38,056 bases of DNA from Bdellovibrionales bacterium (GCA_050180745.1 JBFXDW010000002.1:1-38056); one strand, 5' to 3'. Shown: positions 28,012 through 36,019, numbered from the stretch's first letter. The notes: generated by a model from the sequence alone, not told the origin. Translations and numbers: made by a program.

Positions 28012-28890
28012 CTATTCGTTCATATAAGTCCTCTCGGCAGCAATATCAGAGGTTCCAGAACGCGTAACTCTGACACTATACCCAGAAACGCTGTAGGATG
28101 GAGCATTAATCGTCATAGAAGAAGACTGTCCAGCAGGAATACATGCAAGATCCTTTGTCTCAATAAAGGTTGTGCTGGTTGATGTCGGATCAGTCACCGC
28201 ACGGAAAGAAACCATACCCCGCAGGAAAGGATGTTGGCCCTCATTACGAATTGTCACCGTAAACTGATTGTTCGTAGAAAGAGAATCCCCAAGCGCTAGA
28301 GTCGTCGCCTCTTCAGTAGGAATAGGATAGGTTACGTGACTTAGGACTGCGAGGCCCTTTTTAACGTCAATTGAAACATTTCTTTCAACAGGAAGAATTT
28401 TGATAAACTCTCCTGTAATTGTAACAAACCCTCCAACAGGAATAGAGCCAACTGGCTTCGTATTTGGTGTACCAGCATTCGGATTTGTATCGGAAACCAC
28501 TCTGGCCGCAACAGAAAAGGTATCGGCAGGAACAGCGGTTGTTCCCGTATTGCGAACACGAATGCTCCAAGTATAGCGACAAGTAGTTGGGTTTAATGTT
28601 ATCTGTGGTGCTTCAATCTGAGCCATGTAAACAGCCTCTGTCTGTGCATTACCAGTTTGCGTATTGCCTGAAGGATTGGTCTCATCCGGCGTTGTCGTCG
28701 CCCCTGTAGCCGGAGCCACTTTCTTTGCTGCATCCAAGAGCTTTTCGTTTTTGATTGTAGAGACAACCGGTTTCATTTTATTCAAAACAGGTGAAGTATT
28801 GACCTTAACCGCATCTGCAGCACTAGCGGGTAAAGGAAGTAACAATAAACTAAGCACAGCAAGGCCGAGTATACGCTTCATGAGATTCAC
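28012..28890 (-). CDS. Secreted hypothetical protein with two beta-sandwich (CARDB-like) repeats
   Basis: 292 aa with signal peptide MNLMKRILGLAVLSLLLLPLPASA and a Thr/Pro/Asn-rich linker. It has two similar modules: YTWSIRVRNTGTTAVPADTFSV.. and FTVTIRNEGQHPFLRGMVSF... Confidence 0.65.
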   Translation of the reverse strand: MNLMKRILGLAVLSLLLLPLPASAADAVKVNTSPVLNKMKPVVSTIKNEKLLDAAKKVAPATGATTTPDETNPSGNTQTGNAQTEAVYMAQIEAPQITLNPTTCRYTWSIRVRNTGTTAVPADTFSVAARVVSDTNPNAGTPNTKPVGSIPVGGFVTITGEFIKILPVERNVSIDVKKGLAVLSHVTYPIPTEEATTLALGDSLSTNNQFTVTIRNEGQHPFLRGMVSFRAVTDPTSTSTTFIETKDLACIPAGQSSSMTINAPSYSVSGYSVRVTRSGTSDIAAERTYMNE

Positions 28891-29198
28891 TCCATTTCCA
28901 AGTTAAAAGAATATATTTCATTTCTGTACACTATTTGAGTTTACTGTCATGAATGGTAAATCCAATAGCTTTACTTATTTTGTGCAGAAAGAAAGTGGCG
29001 GGATACGATAGGACTATCAAGACAATCCCCATAAAACATTCAGAAACAAAGGACATCACCGACGCCCCTTACTCTAAACCCTGAGGAAAGGATACCCCTC
29101 TTTCCATCAAAATAACAAGTTGAAAAAAAAACGAAAAACAGCACAACAATTAGGCTCAATATCCATACTGTATGCACCTGAGATTTGTAGTGACGATC

Positions 29199-29618
29199 CT
29201 AAAAAGATTCATCGAACGACGCCGGAATCCACCCCTCTTCATTAAATCCAGCAAGAAACCAAAGAGACTTTAAAAGGTCTTCAGAATTTATGAGGTGAGG
29301 TTCAAGTGCAGGAGGATCCTCCACTGCAGCAGGCGCATCCAAAAGCCATTCCTTTCCGTCTATTTTGGCAACAAGAATGACATGAAAAAGACTACGTGCC
29401 CTCACCTGAACAGACCACAAAAGAAGATGGTCAGCCTTCCACCCCATAGCTCGCAGACGCGCATATTTCCAAATCGCAAGATCCTCGCAGTCCCCACCTC
29501 CCTTTTCTTCTGTTTCCTTTGGTGTCGCCCAATATTCTTCCTTTTGGTATGACTCTTGATCAGGAATATAAGCCAGTTTATTGGATTCACTTTGCACATC
29601 AAACAAATCCTTCGCCAT
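29199..29618 (-). CDS. Bacterial transglutaminase-like cysteine protease (BTLCP / LapG family), apparently lacking a signal peptide
   Basis: The core is YWATPKETEEKGGGDCEDLAIWKYARLRAMGW (catalytic Cys), ..SLFHVILVAKIDG (His), ..WLLDAP (Asp). The track ORF extends to 29834, but that extension reads through a repeat hairpin and tRNA-Ala, so I use the ATG at 29618 (MAKDLFDV). Confidence 0.6.
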   Translation of the reverse strand: MAKDLFDVQSESNKLAYIPDQESYQKEEYWATPKETEEKGGGDCEDLAIWKYARLRAMGWKADHLLLWSVQVRARSLFHVILVAKIDGKEWLLDAPAAVEDPPALEPHLINSEDLLKSLWFLAGFNEEGWIPASFDESF

Positions 29619-29728
29619 AGCAGATTGTTTTGTGTGGTCATCTTGATGAGGCCAGATTATGATGAGACCGACCGTCCCTGCAAAACCGCCCTCTGGCCCA
29701 TCCTTTGGAGGGAGAGCCATATAGTTAA

Positions 29729-29804
<76 letters not shown>

Positions 29805-29911
29805 TAAATACTTAAACATCAGGAAAGGGATCATTAAGTCCTGACTATGTCATGTGGTTCAGTGTTACAACCATTGTTTCTTGCTCTCCACGCCGCGCTA
29901 CCAAATCAAGG

Positions 29912-29931
29912 CCAGCTGAGCTACAGGCCCT
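29912..29931 (-). repeat. Duplicated 5' fragment of tRNA-Ala (20-nt direct repeat of 29786-29805)
   Basis: CCAGCTGAGCTACAGGCCCT occurs twice, 126 bp apart. The upstream copy does not continue into a foldable tRNA; only a GGAGAGC remnant appears after a ~22-nt insertion. Confidence 0.55.
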
Positions 29932-30007
29932 TAGTTAAACGTCAAGGATGGTATTGTAAGGCTACAAGGGCGCCATTTATGATATTCCTCTTCCTGTCTG
30001 TCAAGCG

Positions 30008-30187
30008 CCTTATGTTTTGAGCAGGGCGGAATCATAAATCGTTAACGCCGACGACAACCCATTGAAAAGACTCGCGTCGAATTTTTTGCATATCATCAAT
30101 GAAAAAGATTCGGCTTCGAAAATTCAGCGGATTTCCTCACAGAATTTTTGACGTTAACGATTTATGATTTTGCCCTTATGTTTTGAG
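30008..30187. mobile_element. MITE-like palindromic element with 18-bp inverted repeats and 14-bp flanking direct repeats
   Basis: The inverted repeats are AATCATAAATCGTTAACG (30030-30047) and CGTTAACGATTTATGATT (30152-30169), a perfect match. The direct repeat CCTTATGTTTTGAG occurs at 30008-30021 and 30174-30187. No ORF is present. Confidence 0.5.
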
Positions 30188-30288
30188 GCGGCAGTATAGA
30201 TTCCTTAGTGAAAATGATATAGAGCAACTTGCAGTGAGCGCCAGAATAAGGCATAAATCCTCTTTTAAGTTAATTTTTCCTCGTTGTT

Positions 30289-30446
30289 ATAGCCGATCCA
30301 ATATAAATTGATCATTTATACCGCCGAGATTTTTTGCCATGGCAAGGCAAAGTTCGCAGGCCATATAGACATATTGCCAAGAACTTTAACAACGCCATGG
30401 TGAAAAAGATCAAGGTAGAAATATCAATTTATATTGGATCGGCTAT
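30289..30446. mobile_element. MITE-like palindromic element with perfect 24-bp terminal inverted repeats
   Basis: ATAGCCGATCCAATATAAATTGAT (30289-30312) and ATCAATTTATATTGGATCGGCTAT (30423-30446) are perfect inverted repeats. Related solo copies lie at 13238-13257 (TATAGCTGATCCAATATAAA) and 19962-19975 (TTGGATCGGCTATA). Confidence 0.6.
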
Positions 30447-30480
30447 ATATACTGCTTTTAAGGCATTACGTAACAAGGAA

Positions 30481-30557
30481 GTCCCCGTAGCTCAGCAGGA
30501 TAGAGCACAAGTTTCCTAAACTTGGGGCCACGTGTTCGAATCACGTCGGGGACACCA
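30481..30557 (+). tRNA. tRNA-Arg (anticodon CCT)
   Basis: GTCCCCGTAGCTCAGCAGGATAGAGCACAAGTTTCCTAAACTTGGGGCCACGTGTTCGAATCACGTCGGGGACACCA. All four stems are perfect, the anticodon loop is TTCCTAA, and the CCA end is encoded. Confidence 0.95.
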
Positions 30558-30574
30558 TTTTAGGCCGCACACAT

Positions 30575-30603
30575 GGCTCTGCCCCATCCTTTGGGGGAGA
30601 GCC
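30575..30603 (+). terminator. Hairpin downstream of tRNA-Arg(CCT); member of a short repeat also found next to tRNA-Ala
   Basis: GGCTCT-g-CCCC-atccttt-GGGG-g-AGAGCC. A near-identical ~27-nt sequence (CTCTGGCCCATCCTTTGGAGGGAGAGCC) lies at 29691-29718. Further hairpins are AGGCGC-aaaa-GCGCCT (~30644-30659) and GCCGCGC-ttat-GCGCGGC (~30662-30679). Confidence 0.45.
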
Positions 30604-30709
30604 AACCAAATACGATTCCTCTTGCTTCTACAGTGCTTCCAGAAGGCGCAAAAGCGCCTCAGCCGCGCTTATGCGCGGCCTATAACGCTTTGATATTTTT
30701 AGATAAAAT

Positions 30710-30784
30710 TGGTAGCAGCGGAGGGATTTGAACCCCCGACCAAGGGATTATGATTCCCCTGCTCTACCACTGAGCTACGCTGCC
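30710..30784 (-). tRNA. tRNA with CAT anticodon (elongator Met or lysidine-modified Ile2)
   Basis: The reverse complement is GGCAGCGTAGCTCAGTGGTAGAGCAGGGGAATCATAATCCCTTGGTCGGGGGTTCAAATCCCTCCGCTGCTACCA. It is not initiator-like, because it lacks a 1:72 mismatch. The TTGGTC variable region and overall shape resemble ileX-type tRNAs, so the identity is undecided. Confidence 0.88.
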
Positions 30785-30940
30785 ATATATCGCTCGGAAG
30801 GCAAGAGGAATAAGCACTTAACGCCTATAAGTCAAGTGCTTCTGCACAGCAAAACTGTAGAGAGTTTTTAAGAGGAAGATTCCTACCTCCCGTCTCTCTT
30901 GAGAGAGAAAATACACCCAATAAATAGAGCGCAGACTACC

Positions 30941-30969
30941 TTATCCACAACTTATGCGGGTTATCCACA
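30941..30969 (+). promoter_or_regulatory. Two perfect consensus DnaA boxes (TTATCCACA) spaced 20 bp start-to-start
   Basis: TTATCCACA occurs at 30941-30949 and 30961-30969 in the same orientation, ~95-120 bp upstream of the secretin GTG. They are followed by the palindrome ATTAAC-gtatg-GTTAAT (30971-30987) and an AT-rich stretch. Confidence 0.5.
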
Positions 30970-31062
30970 GATTAACGTATGGTTAATTTTTGACTTCACA
31001 TACTATTTAGCACATCCTGACACGCGGAAGTATGGCTTTCATTTTAAAGGGGATATGTTCCC

Positions 31063-32796
31063 GTGTTACACGTTCGTTTCTGTCTCGTATTGCTGCTTTT
31101 TCTTGGCTCTTGTACTACGAGTATTTTTCCAACAGACAAAATTGACCCTTCCGGTAACTTGGACCGTGAGGACTATTTGGCCCTGAGGGATCGCTCCTTG
31201 ATGAGTGAAGATAGCCTCATCGGTCCTCCCCTCCCTTCCCCACAAACGCCTCAGGCCACTATTAAAAAAACATCGCCCCCCAAAAAACAACCTCAACTTA
31301 GCAACAAAAAAATAAGCCTGTCCGTAACTGACTCGGTTCCTCTGCGCAATGTGCTGATAGAGCTCGGTCGCGAAGGCGCAGTCAATATAGAGCTCGATCC
31401 GCGTATTACTGGCGGCATTATTTTTACCGCGCACGAACAACCTTTTTCTCTTGTTCTGCGGCGCATTTGTCATCTAGCAGGATTGCGTTACAGCTATGAA
31501 GAAGGGTTTGTCCGCATTGAAATTGATGAGCCCTATCAGAAGACATACTCTCTCAATTACCTAAGCCTTACCCGTAAAACAAAAAGCGAAGTTGCCATTG
31601 CGACAAATGTTTTTGATGTGGACCTGACCGACAGCAATGGCAACAGCACGAAGACAGGATCAAGCGGGACAAACAATAATTCAACCGCCTTGATCTCGAG
31701 CGAAACCGAAGCCAATTTCTGGGATGAACTTAAAAAATCACTACCCCATGTTTTAAAAACAGCTTCATCGTATAAGGCACTTGTGCGCGACAAGAAAAAC
31801 CGCGTTGAGGCCAAAACAAATTTCAGCATAGACCGCCAAGCTGGGCTCGTAACCGTATTTGGCAATTCTCGACAACAGGAAGCTGTCCAAAAATATCTTC
31901 ACGATCTTGAGAAAAAAGTATCGGCACAAGTACTGATTGAAGCCCGCATCATCGAAGTGCAACTGGACGAAGAATTCCAAAGCGGCATTAACTGGACAGC
32001 TCTTGCTAAAGACGCCACTGCTGCTGCCGCCAATTTTGGCTCTAGGGGTGCATCGGCACTCATCTCGAGTGCTGATACAGGTGTCTTTACAGCCTCTTTT
32101 GATACAAAAGATATTTCTGGCATTCTGAATCTTGTGAAAACATTCGGCACAACGCGCGTTCTATCTTCCCCTCGCCTGACAGTGATGAACAATCAAACAG
32201 CTGTCCTGAAAGTCGCACGTAATGAAGTTTATTTCCTAACCACGGCACAGTTTCCGACAACATTGACGACCAATGGAACCAGCATTTCCGGAACGCCTGT
32301 TTTTTCGAGCACGCCTCACACAGTTCCCGTTGGTCTTGTCATGACCGTACAACCGGCCATCAACAGTCAGACAAACCGCATCACCATGACAATGCGGCCA
32401 ACAATATCGCGGGTTGTTCGTTATGTGTCGGACCCGTCCATAGCGCTTAACGCGGCCAACGCCAGCAGCGCCAGCAGTATTGAATCACAAGTCCCTGTGC
32501 TTGCAGTGCGAGAGATGGATTCTGTCCTGCAACTCCAATCTGGTCAGGTTGCTGTTCTGGGAGGCTTGATGCAAGACAGTTCAGAAAATCAGGATCAAGG
32601 ACTTCCCTTTTTCGATACGCTGCCTGTCATAGGCAATCTTGCAAAATCGCGCAGCAATGATGGCACAGTTAGCGAGCTCGTTATTCTTATTCGTGCGACT
32701 ATTCTTGATGAGGTCTCTCCGGATACTGCCGACATTGATCTTTATCAGACCTATAACAAGGACCCTCGATCTATTTTGTTTTCTCCTCAACAATAA
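31063..32796 (+). CDS. Secretin-family outer membrane lipoprotein (MshL/PilQ/GspD-like)
   Basis: 577 aa with a GTG start and AGGGGA upstream. MLHVRFCLVLLLFLGSC is a lipoprotein-type signal. IEARIIEVQLDEEFQSGINW is present, and the C-terminal secretin domain reads RVLSSPRLTVMNNQTAVLKV...VPVLAVREMDSVLQLQSGQVAVLGGLMQD...GLPFFDTLPVIGNLA...ELVILIRATIL. Confidence 0.9.
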   Translation: MLHVRFCLVLLLFLGSCTTSIFPTDKIDPSGNLDREDYLALRDRSLMSEDSLIGPPLPSPQTPQATIKKTSPPKKQPQLSNKKISLSVTDSVPLRNVLIELGREGAVNIELDPRITGGIIFTAHEQPFSLVLRRICHLAGLRYSYEEGFVRIEIDEPYQKTYSLNYLSLTRKTKSEVAIATNVFDVDLTDSNGNSTKTGSSGTNNNSTALISSETEANFWDELKKSLPHVLKTASSYKALVRDKKNRVEAKTNFSIDRQAGLVTVFGNSRQQEAVQKYLHDLEKKVSAQVLIEARIIEVQLDEEFQSGINWTALAKDATAAAANFGSRGASALISSADTGVFTASFDTKDISGILNLVKTFGTTRVLSSPRLTVMNNQTAVLKVARNEVYFLTTAQFPTTLTTNGTSISGTPVFSSTPHTVPVGLVMTVQPAINSQTNRITMTMRPTISRVVRYVSDPSIALNAANASSASSIESQVPVLAVREMDSVLQLQSGQVAVLGGLMQDSSENQDQGLPFFDTLPVIGNLAKSRSNDGTVSELVILIRATILDEVSPDTADIDLYQTYNKDPRSILFSPQQ

Positions 32797-32814
32797 CTCT
32801 GGAAGGCTACCCCC

Positions 32815-33450
32815 ATGAACAATACTCAAGAAAAAGGATTCTCGCTCGTTGAGCTATCAATCGTTCTGGTCATCATCGGCATTATCATTGGCGGTGTTCT
32901 AACAGGACAACAAGTTATGGAAAGCGCACGCATTACGAATGTCGTCAGCGCTATTCAGGCCTATCAAGCACAAGTGCAGACCTATAACCAGAATTTTGGC
33001 ACCCTTCCCGGAGATGATGCCAATGCGGATTCGCGTTTTTCTGTATCCGTAGGCGTATGTTCTGGAACAGATTGCGGAGACGGCAAAATAGGCACGAGCT
33101 CCTCGTTCAACGCATCCTCTGGCGCAACGGATGCCTCGGCTGAAAGCCGTTATGTATGGGAACAACTTCGTGCCGCTAATCTAGTCAAAAACCAAGGCAG
33201 CGATACGGGCGCACAGCCATCAAATCCTTTCGGAGGAGTCTATGGGTTTCAAAACGGCTCTTCAGGAGGAGAATTTGACTCGAACATTATTTGCATAAGT
33301 GAAATCCCTGGAACAGCCGCGCAAGGCATTGACGCCCGCCTTGATGACGGTGTCCGCAATGATGGGCAAATGCGGGCTATTGATGGCGGCTCTGATGGCG
33401 ATAAGGCATATCAAGAAGGTACAAGCTATACGATTTGTATAAGGATGTAA
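32815..33450 (+). CDS. Prepilin-type N-terminal cleavage/methylation domain protein (pilin or pseudopilin)
   Basis: 211 aa. The leader MNNTQEKG is followed by FSLVELSIVLVIIGIIIGGVL (G/F cleavage site, Glu+5). Confidence 0.85.
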   Translation: MNNTQEKGFSLVELSIVLVIIGIIIGGVLTGQQVMESARITNVVSAIQAYQAQVQTYNQNFGTLPGDDANADSRFSVSVGVCSGTDCGDGKIGTSSSFNASSGATDASAESRYVWEQLRAANLVKNQGSDTGAQPSNPFGGVYGFQNGSSGGEFDSNIICISEIPGTAAQGIDARLDDGVRNDGQMRAIDGGSDGDKAYQEGTSYTICIRM

Positions 33451-33458
33451 GAAAAATA

Positions 33459-34286
33459 ATGCGTAAAGGATTCACTCTGATCGAAATGAGCTTTGTGCTG
33501 GTAATTGTCGGCATGATCATTGTGATGGTGTTTCCGGCGTTGAAGGCTATTCATAAGAGTACGCAATACACAGCCACGCAAACAAACCTCTCTACACTGA
33601 TGCGTGCGGCGGCTGCCTTTACGCATGCGCATGGGTGCCTGCCCTGTCCTACACCTGCGGCTCCGAGCACTTACGTTACTCCAAGCTCTGGCTTTGGACA
33701 TGTGCGCGGAGATTCTTCTGGAACAATGTGCGGTACATGCAGCACAGCCGAGGGCATTCCGCCTTTTATGTCTATGGGTCTTCCTGCTGCAACAGCCAAA
33801 GATGGATATGGTCGTTGGATAACGATGAGCATCGATCCAAAACTCGCAGAAAATTCTGGCACCTTGCCGCCGACAGCACCTTGTACTGCGAGTGATGGCT
33901 CCTCCTGCCTTCTTGATCACAGCCAAAAAGGATTATGCGCAGCAGGACTCGATAAAAGCAAAGCGCCTCAGGTTAGAATTCATAGCAGCAGCAACACTGA
34001 ACCTAAGGAATTCGCCCTTATTTTTTTAAGCCACGGAGAAAACGGCTATGGTGCTTTTCGCATAGACAGCTCACCAACAAACAACATGCACAACTATAAC
34101 GGGCCTGCCTCTAGCTGTTCTTTGCACAGCGGTTTTGAAATATGTAATACGGATAATGATCGTGTCTTTGTAGATGCCGAACATAAGAATACAAAAAAGG
34201 ATCCCTTTGATGACATTCTCTACTATCTGGACCGCAATGCACTTATTGCTCTTTTGGGCAATCATGTTTGTGAAACGACGTGGTAG
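33459..34286 (+). CDS. Large Cys-rich prepilin-type protein
   Basis: The track ORF starts at TTG 33435. The ATG at 33459 gives MRKG/FTLIEMSFVLVIVGMIIVMVF. The mature part is ~270 aa with 10 Cys (e.g. HGCLPCP, MCGTCS). The stop overlaps the ATPase ORF. Confidence 0.8.
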   Translation: MRKGFTLIEMSFVLVIVGMIIVMVFPALKAIHKSTQYTATQTNLSTLMRAAAAFTHAHGCLPCPTPAAPSTYVTPSSGFGHVRGDSSGTMCGTCSTAEGIPPFMSMGLPAATAKDGYGRWITMSIDPKLAENSGTLPPTAPCTASDGSSCLLDHSQKGLCAAGLDKSKAPQVRIHSSSNTEPKEFALIFLSHGENGYGAFRIDSSPTNNMHNYNGPASSCSLHSGFEICNTDNDRVFVDAEHKNTKKDPFDDILYYLDRNALIALLGNHVCETTW

Positions 34287-34291
34287 AACAG

Positions 34292-36019
34292 ATGCAGACC
34301 AATTTTGCCTATAAAGAACCCTTACCCCCAACAGATAGCGAAGATCTTTTGGGGCAAACTTTACTGGCTCAAAATCTGATCAGCACAGATCAACTCCGCA
34401 TCGCTCTTCACGAACAAAAAACAACGCATGAGATGCTAGGAGCTATTCTCCTGCGGCTTGGTTTTTTAGATCATAAAGACCTCATGAAGAGCCTTGCCGC
34501 ACGCGCAGGGTTGGAATCAATTGATCTTGACGCAACGCATATAGATACCTCGCTTTTGGTTGATTTCCCCAAAGAAGCGGCACAGAGAAGCCTTTGCCTG
34601 CCCCTCATCCAAAAGGGCCGCAAGCTTCACGTCGCCATGGCCGATCCTTTTGACATTGTGGCTCTGGATGAGATACGCCGCTATTTCCATGGATCTTTAG
34701 AGATCACACCTCATGTTGCCACGCGCATGGCAATTGAAGAGCAGATAGAGTTTCTTTACGGGTCCGCCTATTCCATTGACGCGATTATTCATGAGCTTGA
34801 AAACAGCACACCTCTTGAAAATCCCAGCGACAATGATGAGGATGATTATGAGCATCCCCTCATAAGACTCGTCAACGCGCTTCTTATAGATGCCGTAAGA
34901 AAAGACGCCTCAGACATTCATTTTGAACCAGAAGATAATTTCATCCGCATTCGCTTACGCATAGACGGCACCTTACGGCAAACGCAAGCTCTTCACCTTT
35001 CGCATTGGCCGTCTCTATCACACCGCATCAAATTTATGGCAGGTATGAATATCGCTGAAACACGGAAAATTCAGGACGGGCGGTTTAAGCTCACCATAGG
35101 TGCCGTCAATGTTGATTTTCGTGCAGCGATCATGCCCACGGTCTGGGGCGAGACGATCGCCATTCGGCTTTTAAATCATACCAAATCACTCGTGCCACTT
35201 GAAAGACTAGGCTACACAGAACATGCACTGAATCAACTTGAACAAATCAGCCGTAAACCGCAAGGCATAACGCTTTTTACTGGTCCCACGGGCAGCGGCA
35301 AAACGACAACACTTTATTCATTGCTTCAAAAACTTTCTTCAACCGACGTACACGTCGCTACGCTTGAAGAGCCTGTTGAATTCCAACTTGATCTTATTCG
35401 GCAAACATCCATTCATGATGAACAGGGACTTGATTTTGCCGCAGGTGTTCGCGGTCTTTTACGTATGGACCCCGATATTATATTCATCGGCGAGATACGC
35501 GATCCGGATACTGCGCAAATGGCATTGCGTGCTGCGATGACAGGCCATCAAGTTTTTTCAACACTTCATTGCAATGATGCGCTAGGCGCTTTGCCACGCT
35601 TGATTGATCTTGGACTTAATCCACGCCTGCTCGCGGGCAACTTAAGCGGCTTTGTCGCGCAAAGATTAGTTCGTAAATTATGCCCCGTTTGCAAAAAAGG
35701 GCACATAGCCTGCGAAGAAGAATGTCGCCTGTTGCGTGTCAGCTCTCAAACAGCTCCTCACATTTTTGAAGCCCACGGCTGTCCTCAATGCGAACACACA
35801 GGCTTCAAAGGACGCACAGTAATCGCAGAAGTTATCCCCATCTCAACAAAGTTGGACGACCTGATTGCCATAGATGCACCACGCCTGACGCTAATAGAAA
35901 TCGTCCGCGAAGAAGGATTTATGAGTCTGCAAGAAGATGGGATTAAACGCGTCTTAGCCGGAGAAACCTCACTGACAGAGCTGATGCGCACTGCTGATCT
36001 ATCAAAAGGAGATCAATAA
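34292..36019 (+). CDS. GspE/PilB/MshE-family secretion ATPase with N-terminal T2SSE_N (MshEN-like) domain
   Basis: The track ORF starts at GTG 34280; an ATG lies at 34292. It has Walker A GPTGSGKTTTLYS, the Asp box/Walker B IIFIGEIRD, the tetracysteine CPVC...CPQC, and the N-terminal repeat LLGQTLLAQNLISTDQLRIALHEQ / MLGAILLRLGFLDHKDLMKSL. Confidence 0.95.
   Translation: MQTNFAYKEPLPPTDSEDLLGQTLLAQNLISTDQLRIALHEQKTTHEMLGAILLRLGFLDHKDLMKSLAARAGLESIDLDATHIDTSLLVDFPKEAAQRSLCLPLIQKGRKLHVAMADPFDIVALDEIRRYFHGSLEITPHVATRMAIEEQIEFLYGSAYSIDAIIHELENSTPLENPSDNDEDDYEHPLIRLVNALLIDAVRKDASDIHFEPEDNFIRIRLRIDGTLRQTQALHLSHWPSLSHRIKFMAGMNIAETRKIQDGRFKLTIGAVNVDFRAAIMPTVWGETIAIRLLNHTKSLVPLERLGYTEHALNQLEQISRKPQGITLFTGPTGSGKTTTLYSLLQKLSSTDVHVATLEEPVEFQLDLIRQTSIHDEQGLDFAAGVRGLLRMDPDIIFIGEIRDPDTAQMALRAAMTGHQVFSTLHCNDALGALPRLIDLGLNPRLLAGNLSGFVAQRLVRKLCPVCKKGHIACEEECRLLRVSSQTAPHIFEAHGCPQCEHTGFKGRTVIAEVIPISTKLDDLIAIDAPRLTLIEIVREEGFMSLQEDGIKRVLAGETSLTELMRTADLSKGDQ

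Noticed and set aside
30334-30519. 61-aa ORF upstream of tRNA-Arg(CCT)
   Set aside because: It spans the interior of a MITE-like element and runs into the tRNA gene, so it is a by-product of the repeat.
30790-31062. Calling this spacer the chromosomal origin (oriC)
   Set aside because: I found only two DnaA boxes by eye. No dnaA, hemE or parAB context is present, and I could not compute GC skew. It is reported as a DnaA-box pair only.
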